Of a stretch of 64,000 bases of DNA, positions 63,815-64,000 are shown in pieces (positions within the stretch are counted from its first letter, which is position 1; every line of letters begins with the position of its first letter). The stretch comes from Proteromonas lacertae (lineage: Eukaryota). The translations under genes were made by a program, and so were the position numbers. The stretch spans positions 248,001 through 312,000 of the forward strand of contig NGBS01000874.1 in the NCBI GenBank assembly GCA_002245135.1, given 5' to 3'. The notes beneath the pieces are model-generated. The model ran no database searches. It saw nothing but the letters and a program-made list of their open reading frames with translations, and was not told the origin of the DNA.

Positions 63815-64000
63815 TGTTAGTGAGTTTTATTTTATCTATTTATTTGATTATGTCGTTATAATGTTATGGTTTTTTATATATTTGGAAGTATTTTGCATAA
63901 TTCTAATAATATGTGGTTAACTTCAATTATTACATCATCTACGCAAGTAAAGAAGTTCAACTCTTATTATAAAATCATTAATTTTATGGAAATCCTATAA

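Noticed and set aside
1..64000. Blastocystis-type stop codons completed by polyadenylation
   Set aside because: Every gene end I traced has an encoded TAA/TAG/TGA. A TGTTTGTT motif occurs downstream of the pseudokinase-LRR stop (near 18960, minus strand) but is not needed to create it.
1..64000. Alternative genetic code or stop-codon readthrough
   Set aside because: Internal stops are explained by short GT-AG introns or frame breaks, Trp is encoded by TGG, and all three stop codons terminate genes.

Overview
Eukaryotic, very AT-rich, gene-dense nuclear DNA with about 30 protein-coding genes. Most are split by tiny (about 26-36 nt) GTAT...TAG introns, and several head-to-head pairs have only about 85-115 bp between start codons. 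The ORF track therefore shows exon fragments, and I spliced the genes by hand. Tiny introns, stramenopile mastigoneme-type EGF proteins, flagellar genes (CFAP53, DRC10, three CFAP97-like paralogs) and mitochondrion-targeted proteins (SDHB, thioredoxin, DnaJ, PanB, Tim22) suggest a stramenopile of the Proteromonas/Blastocystis (Opalinata) type; this is inference. No rRNA, tRNA, CRISPR or mobile element was recognised. Best candidates for novelty: (1) a three-member CFAP97-like family sharing an unnamed middle domain and AKAP-like amphipathic helices, flanking a cyclic-nucleotide phosphodiesterase fused to tandem PGDYG-type modules; (2) an N-acylated protein joining a degenerate OGFr domain to two NEK-like kinase domains; (3) a probable minor-spliceosome AT-AA intron in panB; (4) a recurrent GGCTTGA promoter element; (5) an intronless bacterial-type DUF5690 transporter and a fungal-type sphingolipid C9-methyltransferase. 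Many genes carry single-base insertions that are most likely long-read consensus errors. All family assignments come from recalled motifs, not from database searches.
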